Positions 1 to 12,477 are shown, numbered from the stretch's first letter. The stretch: 64,000 nt of DNA from Patescibacteria group bacterium (GCA_004297215.1 SCUM01000001.1:612275-676274); one strand, 5' to 3'. The notes: a model not told the origin generated them from the letters alone. Numbers and translations: made by a program.

Positions 1-76
1 CTGCTTAAGACAAGCCAGATCCGCTCCCGATTGCGCCAGCACCCCTCGTTCCGAGCCCAACTCATGTAATCCCGTT

Positions 77-1000
77 ATGCTCGCCACTCTTTCGGACGTC
101 CTCAAGAAAGCCCGGAAAGGCCGCTATGCGGTCGGCGCCTTCAACGTGAACAACCTGGAGGCGATCCAGGCGGTCATCGAGGCCGCGCAGGCCGAACGTT
201 CGCCGGTCATCCTCTCCACGAGCGAGGGTGCGATCCACTACGCCGGAATGGAGGAGCTGGGCTTGCTCGCGCGTCTCGCGGCGACGCGCGTAAAAGTGCC
301 GGTCGTATTCCACCTCGACCACGGGAAAAACGTTCCGCTCATCGAGACCGCCATCAGGAGCGGCCTGTACACGAGCGTGATGTTCGACGGCTCTTCCCTC
401 CCGTACGAGGAGAACGCGAAGGTCTCGTCACGGCTCGCGAAGCTCGCGCGCAAGCACGGCGTGAGCCTCGAGGCGGAGCTGGGCGCCATCGCCGGCATCG
501 AGGATTTCGTGTCGGTCGCGGCCAAGGACGCGCACCTCACGCAACCCGCGCAGGCCGCGGCGTTCGTCCGCGCCACCGGCTGCGACGCGCTCGCGATCGC
601 GGTGGGGACGAGCCACGGGGCGTACAAGTTCAAGAAGGCGTCCGAGCTCGATTTCCCGCGCCTGAAGGCGATTGCCGAGGCCGTGAGCGTGCCGCTCGTC
701 TTGCACGGAGCGTCCTCGGTCCCCTCTTGGGTGAAATCCCTCTGCACCAAGTTCGGCTGTGAGATTTCCGGCGCCAAAGGGGTCGCCGACGCGCATGTGA
801 AGAAGGCCGTGGGACTCGGCGTGTGCAAGGTGAACGTGGACACCGACCTGCGCATCGCCTTTGACGCCGGCATCCGCCAGTTCCTCGCCAAACGCCCGGA
901 AGTGATCGACCCGCGCGAGATCCTAGGGCCGGCAAAGGCGCTCATGACGAGGGTCGTCCGTCAGAAAATGAAACTCCTTGGAAGCTCGGGCAAGGCCTAG
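77..1000 (+). CDS. fba: Class II fructose-1,6-bisphosphate aldolase
   Basis: YAVGAFNVNNLE, HLDHG, SVMFDGS, VEAELG-like, GTSHGAYK, LVLHGAS, KVNVDTD motifs. Confidence 0.95.
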   Translation: MLATLSDVLKKARKGRYAVGAFNVNNLEAIQAVIEAAQAERSPVILSTSEGAIHYAGMEELGLLARLAATRVKVPVVFHLDHGKNVPLIETAIRSGLYTSVMFDGSSLPYEENAKVSSRLAKLARKHGVSLEAELGAIAGIEDFVSVAAKDAHLTQPAQAAAFVRATGCDALAIAVGTSHGAYKFKKASELDFPRLKAIAEAVSVPLVLHGASSVPSWVKSLCTKFGCEISGAKGVADAHVKKAVGLGVCKVNVDTDLRIAFDAGIRQFLAKRPEVIDPREILGPAKALMTRVVRQKMKLLGSSGKA

Positions 1001-1025
1001 GCGCATACCAACTCCCATCCCCCCT

Positions 1026-1997
1026 ATGTTCGACATCGTCACCGTCGGGTCAGGCACGCGCGACGTGTTCCTCCTCTCCGACCAGTTCCAGATGATTCGC
1101 TCTCCGAAGTTCGCCACGGGCATCGGCGAATGCGTGTCGTTGGGGAGCAAGATCGAGGTGGAGAGCGTGATCCACACCACCGGCGGCGGGGCCACCAACG
1201 CGGCAGCCACCTTCGCGCGACTCGGGTACAACGCGGCCGTGGTATGCCGCGTGGGGGATGACAGCGCCGGGCGCGACGTGATCATCGACCTGCAGCGCGA
1301 GGGGATCGGCACCACGCTCATCCGCCGGGTCGCTGGCGAGGATACCGGCTACTCCGTGCTGCTCACGGACACGGGCACGGGCGAGCGCTCCGTCCTCGTG
1401 TACCGCGGGGTGTCCGGCTCCTTCACGGCCAAGGACATCCCTTGGGACGAATGCGCGGCCCGCGCGTTTTACCTCTCCTCCCTGGGCGGCAACCTCGCCG
1501 TTGCCCGCCGCCTGGTGTCGCACGCCGCGCAGTGCCAGGCGCTCATCGCCTGGAACCCGGGGAGCCGGGAGCTCAAAAAGGGGTTGGGGTCGATCCAGGA
1601 TTTCCTCCCGGAAGTGAGCGTGTTCATGGTGAACCGCGAGGAGGCGATGATGCTCACGGGCAAGAAGGAGATTTCCGGGATGTTCGAGCGGCTCGTCACG
1701 GCCGACAACGTGGTGATCATCACCGATGGCGAGCGCGGCTCCTATGCCGCGCGCGCCGGCAAGGCCTGGTACGCGCCGGCCGCCGGGAGCAAGGCCGTAT
1801 CGCGTACCGGGGCCGGCGACGCGTTCGGCTCGGGCTTCATGGCCTCCTTCGTGCAGGAGCGAGACGTGCCGGCCGCGCTCGCGCTTGGCACCCTCAACGC
1901 CGATTCCGTCATCCGCCAGGTCGGTGCCAAGTCCGGCATCTTGCGCAGGTGGCCCACCGCCGCGCAGATGAAGAAAATCAAGGTAAAAGCGCTATGA
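1026..1997 (+). CDS. PfkB-family carbohydrate kinase
   Basis: GGGATNAA, VGDD and SRTGAGDAFGSG PfkB signatures; ATG at 1026 chosen after the fba stop. Confidence 0.9.
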   Translation: MFDIVTVGSGTRDVFLLSDQFQMIRSPKFATGIGECVSLGSKIEVESVIHTTGGGATNAAATFARLGYNAAVVCRVGDDSAGRDVIIDLQREGIGTTLIRRVAGEDTGYSVLLTDTGTGERSVLVYRGVSGSFTAKDIPWDECAARAFYLSSLGGNLAVARRLVSHAAQCQALIAWNPGSRELKKGLGSIQDFLPEVSVFMVNREEAMMLTGKKEISGMFERLVTADNVVIITDGERGSYAARAGKAWYAPAAGSKAVSRTGAGDAFGSGFMASFVQERDVPAALALGTLNADSVIRQVGAKSGILRRWPTAAQMKKIKVKAL

Positions 1998-2989
1998 AAA
2001 AGCTGGTCGTCGCCGTCACCCGCGAGATTCCCGACGAGGGACTCGCCCTGTTGCGCAAGGACAAGCGGCTGTCCGTGAAGGTCTATGGGGAGGACCGGGC
2101 CATCCCGCGCAAGGAGCTGCTGCGCTTCGTGAAGGGGGCGGACATCATCCTCTCGATCCTCACGGAGCGGATGGACAAGGAGGCGTTCGACGCGGCCGGG
2201 CCGCAGCTCAAGATGGTGGCCAACTACGCCGTCGGCTTCGACAACATCGACCTGAAGGAAGCGGCCAAGCGCGGGCTCGTGGTCACCAACGCCGCGCATC
2301 CGAACGTGTCCGAGACGGTCGCGGAGCATGCCATCGCGCTCATGTTCGCGCTCGCGCATCGCGTCGTGGAGGTGGACGCCTTCACCCGCGCAGGCAAGTA
2401 CCGGGCTTGGGGGCCGAAGATGTTCCTAGGGACCGACATGATCGGCAAGACCATCGGGGTCGTGGGCGCCGGGGCGATCGGCCAGGCCATCGTGCGGCGG
2501 CTCTACGACGGGTTCGGGATGGACGTGCTCTACGCCGACATGAAACGCAACCCGACGCTCGAGGCCCGTTCGAAAGCGCGATTCGTCACGCTGCCGGAGC
2601 TCCTCAAGAAGAGCGATTTCGTCTCCCTGCACGTGCCGCTGCTCCCCTCCACGCGCCACCTCATCGGCGCCAAGGAGCTCAAGATGATGAAGAAGACGGC
2701 ATTTCTCATCAACACGGCGCGCGGGCCGGTCGTCGATGAGAAGGCGCTCCTCGCGGCGCTCACGAAGGGGGAAATCGCCGGGGCCGGGCTCGACGTATAC
2801 GAATGCGAGCCGGCGATCGACTGCGATCTCACCGATACCCTCGAGCTGCGCAAGATGCGAAACGTGGTGCTCACCCCGCACACGGCCTCGGCCACGGTCG
2901 AGACCCGCCAAGCCATGAGTCGCACGGCCGCCGAGAACATCCTCGCCTTCGTGAATGGAAAAAAGCCGCCGAACATGGTGAAGACCTGA
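1994..2989 (+). CDS. D-2-hydroxyacid dehydrogenase (glyoxylate reductase/D-glycerate dehydrogenase family)
   Basis: AVGFDNID, GVVGAGAIG, INTARGPVVDE, GLDVYE, LTPHTAS; ATGA overlap with upstream stop. Confidence 0.92.
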   Translation: MKKLVVAVTREIPDEGLALLRKDKRLSVKVYGEDRAIPRKELLRFVKGADIILSILTERMDKEAFDAAGPQLKMVANYAVGFDNIDLKEAAKRGLVVTNAAHPNVSETVAEHAIALMFALAHRVVEVDAFTRAGKYRAWGPKMFLGTDMIGKTIGVVGAGAIGQAIVRRLYDGFGMDVLYADMKRNPTLEARSKARFVTLPELLKKSDFVSLHVPLLPSTRHLIGAKELKMMKKTAFLINTARGPVVDEKALLAALTKGEIAGAGLDVYECEPAIDCDLTDTLELRKMRNVVLTPHTASATVETRQAMSRTAAENILAFVNGKKPPNMVKT

Positions 2990-3001
2990 GGAGCTTGCGA
3001 A

Positions 3002-3026
3002 AAAACCGTGCCCATGGCACGGTTTT
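3002..3026. terminator. Inverted repeat, probable terminator of fba-pfkB-dehydrogenase operon
   Basis: AAAACCGTGCC-CAT-GGCACGGTTTT. Confidence 0.6.
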
Positions 3027-3033
3027 AAGCACT

Positions 3034-3684
3034 ATGAATCACTCATCCCGCCTGTCGTTCCTTGCCGCAGGACTCGTCCTCTTGGGTGCCGGATGCGGCT
3101 CCGATGCCCCGCCGAAGCCTGACGCGTCAAAACCCGTCTCCGAACGACCCGCCGCCGAAGCTCCGTCCCCCGCCCCCTCTGACTCTGTCGCATCCGCCCC
3201 CTCGCAAGGCCTGCGGGAGATGCGCGCCGTCGACTTCCCGCTCATCACCAAGGCCGAGCGGTTCATCAACGAGAACCAGGGAAAGAAGCTTGGCAGTGCC
3301 GGATACGAGACCATCGTCGACATGGTCGTTGCCGACCCGGACAAGGCCGGAACGTATTACTTCGCCACCTCGGCCTACGACGCGGCCACAGGAGAAAACT
3401 TCGTCGGGGTGTATTCCATGGAGGAAACCAGTTACAACTGGTGGCGCGCGTACAAGCATACGTACAAGCGGGGCGATGACGGCTCAGCTCCCGCCCAGCT
3501 GCGCGTCGTGGGCAAGAGCGGCTCAATGCTCTATCTCGTCGCGGACAAGGTCGGCGCCATTCGAGCGGATGAGACGCTTATTTCGGACATCGGCCCGCTC
3601 CACGCCCTAGACTTAGACAAGCCGCTCGACGGCCTCAAGGAACTGAAGGCGGTCCCGCCGACGCTCGAGGGCAAACGGATCTGA
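3034..3684 (+). CDS. Hypothetical lipoprotein
   Basis: Signal peptide ending LLGAGC (lipobox-like), Pro/Ala linker, globular C-terminus. Confidence 0.75.
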   Translation: MNHSSRLSFLAAGLVLLGAGCGSDAPPKPDASKPVSERPAAEAPSPAPSDSVASAPSQGLREMRAVDFPLITKAERFINENQGKKLGSAGYETIVDMVVADPDKAGTYYFATSAYDAATGENFVGVYSMEETSYNWWRAYKHTYKRGDDGSAPAQLRVVGKSGSMLYLVADKVGAIRADETLISDIGPLHALDLDKPLDGLKELKAVPPTLEGKRI

Positions 3685-3729
3685 CACATTGACTCCCCTC
3701 TGTTTTTGAGCTATGATTTGGCCCATTGT

Positions 3730-3805
3730 GGGCCGTTAGCTCAGCTGGTAGAGCACCTGCTTTGCAAGCAGGGGGTCGTCGGTTCAAATCCGACACGGTC
3801 CACCA
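3730..3805 (+). tRNA. tRNA-Ala(TGC), canonical
   Basis: Cloverleaf, CCTGC-TTTGCAA-GCAGG anticodon arm, G3-U70, encoded CCA; TTGACT-17-TATGAT promoter upstream and hairpin terminator downstream. Confidence 0.97.
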
Positions 3806-3875
3806 AAAAACGCCCGGTCACCGGGCGTTTTTTCTATCCTAGCCATTTCCTGCCCTTCTGTTAGCATCAAAGCGT

Positions 3876-5204
3876 ATGAAGATTCCCGTCGTCCTGACTG
3901 CCCTGGCACTGGTCCTCTCCTTCCCTTCGCCTGCACAGGCCGCCTCGCCGCGCCCGCCCGCGACCGTGCGCCTCATGGAGGCCGACGGCACGGTCCGTGC
4001 CGCGTTCAAGCTCGCGACCGCGAACGCGGCGACCGGATTCACCGTCGCTTCGGCCGATCTCGGGGAGGATGGCGTCCCGGAGCTCATCTTCGGCGCCGGG
4101 CTCGGGAACGCCCCGGAGGTGATCGTCACGCGTCAGGACGGAAGCGAGATCGGCCGGTTCCTCGCCTATGCGCCGACATCCGGGATGGGCATCAACGTGG
4201 CCGCGTGCGACCTGGATGGCGACGGCACGCCGGAAATCGTCACGGCCGCCCAACGCGGCGGCGGGCCGCACGTGCGCGTGTTCGACAACTTCGGGCAGGC
4301 GGAGGATGGCGGCGGATTCTTCGCCTACGACGCCGCGGACCGCAACGGGGTGAACCTCGCGTGCGGGGATCTCGACGGTGACGCCGCAGACGAGCTCGTC
4401 ACCCTTCCTGCCGCCGGCGCCGCGCCGCTCGTTCGCGTGTGGGACCTCTCGGGCGGGACCGCGGCGCGCACGCAGGAGTTCTATGCGCTCTCCGAGGACG
4501 ATCGCCGCGGCGTGGTGGGCGTCGTGCATGACCAGGCACTCACCGTGTCGAGCCAGCATGCGAGCAGGACCGCCGTGCGCACGTTCGCGTTCGCGAGTCC
4601 GGCGCATCTTGCCGACGAAACCGAGTTCGACGATGCGGCCACGGGCGTCACGGGCGTGCTGTGGATAAATGGCGAGGCAATCCTCTCATCATCGTCCGGC
4701 AGCACGCTCATCGATGCGTTCGGCGCGACGTTCGTCACGGTCGCGGACGCGCCGTTCGGGAGCGTGCACGCCGCCGTCGCGGATCTCGAGGCGGACGGGA
4801 CGGCCGAGCTCGTGGTCGTCGACGGGAAGCCCGCGTTCACCAACGACCCCTCGGAAAAATCCATCGTCGTCGACCTCTCTGAACAACGGTTGTACGCGTA
4901 CGAACGCGGCATCCTCACGAATACGTTCCTCGTGTCCACGGCCAGGAAGGGATGGGTCACGCCGCCTGGAAAACACGTCATCCTAGCCAAGGTTCCGCTC
5001 GTGCATTACGCCGGACCGGGTTGGGATCTTGGCATCATCCCGTACAATCTCCGTTTCCTCCCCCACTACTACATCCACTACGCGCCCTGGAACCGCGCCA
5101 TCGGCGTACCGATAAGCCATGGATGCGTGAATGCGGATCTCGAGGGCGCGAAATGGATTTACGACTGGGGCGACGCAGGAATCCCGATGGAAGTAAGAAC
5201 GTGA
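3876..5204 (+). CDS. Secreted L,D-transpeptidase (YkuD) with FG-GAP/VCBS-like repeats
   Basis: Signal peptide, repeated DLDGDGxxEIV motifs, IVVDLSEQRLY, H..SHGCVN catalytic motif. Confidence 0.9.
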   Translation: MKIPVVLTALALVLSFPSPAQAASPRPPATVRLMEADGTVRAAFKLATANAATGFTVASADLGEDGVPELIFGAGLGNAPEVIVTRQDGSEIGRFLAYAPTSGMGINVAACDLDGDGTPEIVTAAQRGGGPHVRVFDNFGQAEDGGGFFAYDAADRNGVNLACGDLDGDAADELVTLPAAGAAPLVRVWDLSGGTAARTQEFYALSEDDRRGVVGVVHDQALTVSSQHASRTAVRTFAFASPAHLADETEFDDAATGVTGVLWINGEAILSSSSGSTLIDAFGATFVTVADAPFGSVHAAVADLEADGTAELVVVDGKPAFTNDPSEKSIVVDLSEQRLYAYERGILTNTFLVSTARKGWVTPPGKHVILAKVPLVHYAGPGWDLGIIPYNLRFLPHYYIHYAPWNRAIGVPISHGCVNADLEGAKWIYDWGDAGIPMEVRT

Positions 5205-5303
5205 TAGGGGGTAGGTGGTAGTGCGTAGTGCGTAGTTTGGATGAAAAAAAGAAAAGTTTTTCCCAGCTATCACCTACCGACTACCGATTACCTCCTTTTC
5301 CTC

Positions 5304-5332
5304 TTTACACGACTTCAAAAAAATGCTACCAT
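5304..5332 (+). promoter_or_regulatory. Sigma70-type promoter for small basic protein
   Basis: TTTACA-17 nt-TACCAT with extended TG. Confidence 0.6.
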
Positions 5333-5472
5333 GCTTCTAATCGTCGATCGTTGCGCGTTCCTCGATCACGATTTGCACCATCGCGCGCGTGCGCGGTGAC
5401 AAATCTTTCGCGGCAGCATCGCAAGATGCGTCCGCGCCTGGCGGGACCTTTACCCGCTGACCATTGGAGGCT

Positions 5473-5571
5473 ATGAAGAAGAGGAAAAAGGCAGCCAAGC
5501 GCAAGCCGGCACGGAAGGCGAAGCGCAAGGCCGCTCCCAAGAAGCGCAAGGCGGCCAAGCGCCGCCGCTAG
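5473..5571 (+). CDS. 32-aa Lys/Arg/Ala-rich histone-H1/protamine-like peptide
   Basis: MKKRKKAAKRKPARKAKRKAAPKKRKAAKRRR; GGAGG just upstream; followed by hairpin terminator; below ORF-track cutoff. Confidence 0.75.
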   Translation: MKKRKKAAKRKPARKAKRKAAPKKRKAAKRRR

Positions 5572-5586
5572 TCCGAAAGGACTCTC

Positions 5587-5618
5587 AAAAATCCCTCGAG
5601 ACGCGTCGAGGGATTTTT
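5587..5618. terminator. Bidirectional intrinsic terminator
   Basis: AAAAATCCCTCGA...TCGAGGGATTTTT between convergent genes. Confidence 0.75.
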
Positions 5619-5620
5619 GA

Positions 5621-6874
5621 TTAGAGGAGATTTCGCTGCGCAGGCTTCGTCGGCCGCCCGTCTCCCAACAGCCTCACGGTCCCGAAGATGCCGTCATACC
5701 CTGGCTTAATGTCCACGCGCCCCTCGCGCATGCGGCGGATGGCCTCCGAGACGTTCGGCGTGGACGCGACCTCGGCGATGGCCTCGATGGGGGTGTCGAG
5801 CAGGAGCGTGAACTCGTCCGCGACCTGGTCCGTGAGCCTCTCGTACTCGGCACGGACGCGTTTTGACAGGACGCCCACCCCGAACGCGTCCGCGATCACC
5901 TCCTCGAGCGGCACGATGCTCTTGAACGGGATCTTGCCCTCCGGCGCCGCTTCCCTGTCCGCGAGCGCCTCGACGCGGTGCTCGACGCCCAGCGTGAGCG
6001 GTTTCTTGCAGGTCGGACATCGGCCGCCGAGTCGCTTCGTTTCCTTCGGCGCGCACGAAAACTTGCAGTCCGCGCAGCCGTCGAGGTGGTATTTCCCTTC
6101 TTCCGGGAAGAACTCGATGGTGTGGAGGAACCGCTTGGGGTCGCGCGACTTGAGCGCGTCCACGAACGCGTCGTAACTTGGTGCCGCAAGATCGAACACG
6201 TTCGCCTCGCGGCCAAGATTGCGCGGGCTGTGCGCGTCGGAGTTGGAGATGAGGGCGACGGTATCCAGCCCGGACAGTCGCCAATTCATCTTCGGGTCGC
6301 TGGAAAGCCCGGTCTCGATCGCGTGCACGTGCCTCGTCATGCTTCCGAAGCACTCTTCCAACGAATCGAAGCCGGATTTGCTCCCGAACACGCTGTACCA
6401 GGGCGTCCAGGCGTGCGCTGGAACCAGGATGATGCGCTCGTCGATGTCTTTCAGGGCCTTGAAGAGCTCTTCGGAGTCGGTGCCAAGGATAGGCCGTCCG
6501 TCGGACTTGCGATTGAACTCTTCCTTGTCGAGCCACGCATTCACCTTCGCGACCGTTTCAAGCGACGGGGCGAACAGCAGGTTGTGCACGCGCCGCGTCT
6601 TGCCGCCGCGCTTGTAAATCTGGCTCACCTCCGTCACCAACATGAATCTGACCCCTTTCGCCCCTTCGGCCCCTTTCAACCGATACAATCCCGGCTCGCT
6701 CTCCACCAGACGCTCGTTGAGGTGCTCCACCCACTTCGGATGCGTCCAATCCCCGGTCGCGACGACATCGATCCCCTTGCGCGCGCACCACTTCGCGATC
6801 GTCGGCAACTCCAACTCCTTCGAGCACGCGCGCGAATGCTTGGAATGCACGTGCCAGTCGGTTATGAGGCGCAT
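5621..6874 (-). CDS. Endonuclease Q-family PHP-domain protein
   Basis: DWHVHSKHSRACS, TGDWTHP, DGRP, PAHAWTPW, SNSDAHS, GKYH plus CxxC..CxxC, PGYDGIFG. Confidence 0.88.
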   Translation of the reverse strand: MRLITDWHVHSKHSRACSKELELPTIAKWCARKGIDVVATGDWTHPKWVEHLNERLVESEPGLYRLKGAEGAKGVRFMLVTEVSQIYKRGGKTRRVHNLLFAPSLETVAKVNAWLDKEEFNRKSDGRPILGTDSEELFKALKDIDERIILVPAHAWTPWYSVFGSKSGFDSLEECFGSMTRHVHAIETGLSSDPKMNWRLSGLDTVALISNSDAHSPRNLGREANVFDLAAPSYDAFVDALKSRDPKRFLHTIEFFPEEGKYHLDGCADCKFSCAPKETKRLGGRCPTCKKPLTLGVEHRVEALADREAAPEGKIPFKSIVPLEEVIADAFGVGVLSKRVRAEYERLTDQVADEFTLLLDTPIEAIAEVASTPNVSEAIRRMREGRVDIKPGYDGIFGTVRLLGDGRPTKPAQRNLL

Positions 6875-6931
6875 AGTGAACGAAAACTTGAAACGTGAAA
6901 ACTTGAAATCTTGAAATGGCAGCCGCGGGTG

Positions 6932-7177
6932 TCAGCCTGCGTCGTGGATGGTCGTCTGCCATCCGCAATTCGGACAGACGAGGACGGCTTCGTCCCCGCG
7001 CATCTCGATTCGCACGGGCGTACCGCATGATCGGATCGGACAGGAAACGATGTCGGGAAACCGTTCTTTTTTCTGCTGAAGAGCCCGTTGGACCTCCTGC
7101 TCGATGTTCTTCGACAGTTTCCTCGCCTCGAACATCGACTCGCGATTCTCCCTGAATTCAGGAGCAAACACGCTCAT
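6932..7177 (-). CDS. Small zinc-ribbon protein
   Basis: 81 aa, CPIRSC...CPNCGW. Confidence 0.65.
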   Translation of the reverse strand: MSVFAPEFRENRESMFEARKLSKNIEQEVQRALQQKKERFPDIVSCPIRSCGTPVRIEMRGDEAVLVCPNCGWQTTIHDAG

Positions 7178-7206
7178 AGCATCGTTCTTGCCTTACGAAC
7201 CTCATA

Positions 7207-7983
7207 TCAGCGACCTTTTCTGCGCTCCAGAATGGCCTCCGCGATTTCCTTCTCCTCGACGGAGTTGATGCCGATGGCTTCTTCCGGAGCGATCTCGAGC
7301 GTACCGATCTTCTGGCCTTGCGCGAAGGCGAGGGCGACCAGGTCCGTGAGATAGAGCTCTCCCTGGGCGTTGTTCGGCCGCACCTTCTCGATGTTCCCCC
7401 AAAGCCAGGCGGCGTCAAAGCACATGAGCGCGGGATTCACCTCGCAGATCGCCTTCTCGTCGTCGTAGGCGTCCTTGAACTCGCGGATGCCGGTAATCCT
7501 CCCGCCTGCGTCGCGCAGGATGCGGCCCCAATGCTGGAACACGCGGTACCAGCCGTCGAATGACGGGACGGTGGTCGTGAACATGGTGAGGGCGTTGCGC
7601 TCCGCGATGTGCGCCTTGGCGAGCCGGCGGAGCGAGCCGGCGGAGATGAACGGGTGGTCGCCATACAGCACCGCGACCGCGTCGGCGGCACCGACGTTCG
7701 CCTTGGCGGACAGCACCGCGTGCGCCGTCCCCTTTTGGAACTCCTGGACGGCATAATCGCATTTCCCGCCGAACGTATCGCAGATGCGCGTGCGCTCATG
7801 GCCGATGACGACGACGGGTTTCGCGTCGAGCCCCGAGGCGGCAACGTTCTCGAGCAGGTGCTGCAGGATGGGCTTGTCGCCGACCGGGACAAGCGCCTTG
7901 GGGAGATCGCTCTTCATGCGCGTCCCCTTGCCGGCGGCGAGGATGACGACACGGAAGACGGGGGGATCACCTGGCAACGCCAT
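7207..7983 (-). CDS. GlmU-like nucleotidyltransferase (uridyltransferase domain only)
   Basis: ILAAGKGTRMKSDLPK, QKGTAHAV, YGDHP, NNAQGELYLTD, GINS; no hexapeptide acetyltransferase domain. Confidence 0.88.
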   Translation of the reverse strand: MALPGDPPVFRVVILAAGKGTRMKSDLPKALVPVGDKPILQHLLENVAASGLDAKPVVVIGHERTRICDTFGGKCDYAVQEFQKGTAHAVLSAKANVGAADAVAVLYGDHPFISAGSLRRLAKAHIAERNALTMFTTTVPSFDGWYRVFQHWGRILRDAGGRITGIREFKDAYDDEKAICEVNPALMCFDAAWLWGNIEKVRPNNAQGELYLTDLVALAFAQGQKIGTLEIAPEEAIGINSVEEKEIAEAILERRKGR

Positions 7984-8074
7984 ACATCATCCCGATGACG
8001 AACCCGACGGCGAATATCGCCGAGACCTTCATCACCGCACACAAGGTGCACGATGTCTTTTTCGGTTCATCCAT
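7967..8074 (-). CDS. Putative 35-aa single-pass membrane peptide with CxxC
   Basis: MDEPKKTSCTLCAVMKVSAIFAVGFVIGMMYGVAR read manually. Confidence 0.45.
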   Translation of the reverse strand: MDEPKKTSCTLCAVMKVSAIFAVGFVIGMMYGVAR

Positions 8075-8156
8075 ACGGCCATAAGCTTACCCGATGCCTC
8101 CGGCAAAAACAAAACCGGCCGGGTTTGCCGGTCGGCGATGTTTGAATCATGGCAAG

Positions 8157-8268
8157 GTCCCGGCGTCCACCTACTCTCGCCCAATCGGACTACCATCGGC
8201 CCCTGGCGGCTTAACTGCCGTGTTCGGGATGGGAACGGGTGTGACCCGCCGGGAACTGACACCGAGAC
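8157..8268 (-). rRNA. rrf: 5S rRNA
   Basis: CACACCCGTTCCCATCCCGAACACGG, GTTAAGC, GCCGATGGTAGT, GAGAGTAGG; terminal helix. Confidence 0.95.
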
Positions 8269-8320
8269 GCTGCCATGATTCGTACAGAGAAAACACGATT
8301 TCAGGATCCGATCTGAAAGT

Positions 8321-11404
<3,084 letters not shown>

Positions 11405-11912
11405 ACTTCCAAACCAGATCTCGTTTGCCGCATGTCACCGCTACTTTCGGCGCCATGCGTCGCATCGCCTGAACTATCTGACAATCCAGGTTCCCTGTTC
11501 CATTTCCCCGACGCGAGTTGCAAGTCGCGACGACGGGTGCGTGGACATGGATGATCTGAAAGCGATCGTGTGTTCTCTGTCTGATTCAATTGTGAAGGGT
11601 CACGCTGGCCCTTCGAGCCAGGGACGAACCGTCGCGTGACGTCTCGTCTCTGTGCCGAAGGATGTCGTTCACCCGCCTTCGCTCTTGATAGAGCTTCGGT
11701 GGGTCATCCAGCTGATGCTGGATGAAAAAACCGCGCTTGGCAGCGCGGGGTACACCTTAAATGAAGGTTATCACCCCACGAGCCGATGAAGATTCCCGAA
11801 CGTGTTTGACACAACGTTGCTCCCTGATCTCCACTTGCCCTCTCTCCATCCCTGCCAGGACATCCGAAATGCTGGGGACAAAGAAGGAAGTGATTACTTT
11901 GTAAGTGTCGGC

Positions 11913-11941
11913 ATCTTAAATGAATCGAAAAACCCTGTCAA
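11913..11941 (-). promoter_or_regulatory. Promoter of the 23S-5S unit
   Basis: TTGACA-17 nt-TAAGAT on minus strand; DnaA-box-like sites at 11959-11980. Confidence 0.75.
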
Positions 11942-12003
11942 GGGAACTGTCCCCTGGGTTTCCACAGTAGCGGTGGATAACGAAAATAGGCTAAGATACG
12001 CCC

Positions 12004-12477
12004 ATGTATCGCTTTCAGCTGACATCGGTCGGGGACATGCGCAACGAAGCGCTCCAAGAGCTTCGTGACCTGTATGTCGCCCGTCTCCATCCGTTCGCCA
12101 AGGTCGACCGGGAGGTGGTGCGTGCTACCCCGTTCCGCTCCGAGGCTGATCGGCCCAAATGCCGAGCCGAGGAGACTGGACGTTTACGCGCCTCTCTAAA
12201 GGAGGGGGCATTCACCGTGCTCCTCACCGAAGGCGGCAAGCTGTTCGATACCAAGGGGTTCGCGTCGTGGATGGACAAGACGGCAGAGAGCGGCGCTCGG
12301 CCTATCCAGTTCCTCGTTGCCGGCACGCTTGGCACCGAAGCGGAACTCGCAAAGGAAGTGGACATGACGCTCTCGCTCTCCCCCCTCACGTTCCCGCATG
12401 AGCTCGCCCTTGTTGTCCTGCTCGAGCAGCTCTACCGAGTGTGCACGGTCGTTACGGGGAAGACGTACCATTATTAG
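12004..12477 (+). CDS. rlmH: 23S rRNA m3Psi1915 methyltransferase
   Basis: SLSPLTFPHELALVVLLEQLYR...GKTYHY SPOUT signature. Confidence 0.92.
   Translation: MYRFQLTSVGDMRNEALQELRDLYVARLHPFAKVDREVVRATPFRSEADRPKCRAEETGRLRASLKEGAFTVLLTEGGKLFDTKGFASWMDKTAESGARPIQFLVAGTLGTEAELAKEVDMTLSLSPLTFPHELALVVLLEQLYRVCTVVTGKTYHY

Noticed and set aside
1-69. Possible 3' end of an upstream gene ending in TAA at 69
   Set aside because: Too short to assign
11725-11780. T-box riboswitch (TTAAGGTGTACCCCGCG before a terminator)
   Set aside because: Lacks the UGGN bulge and a recognisable Stem I
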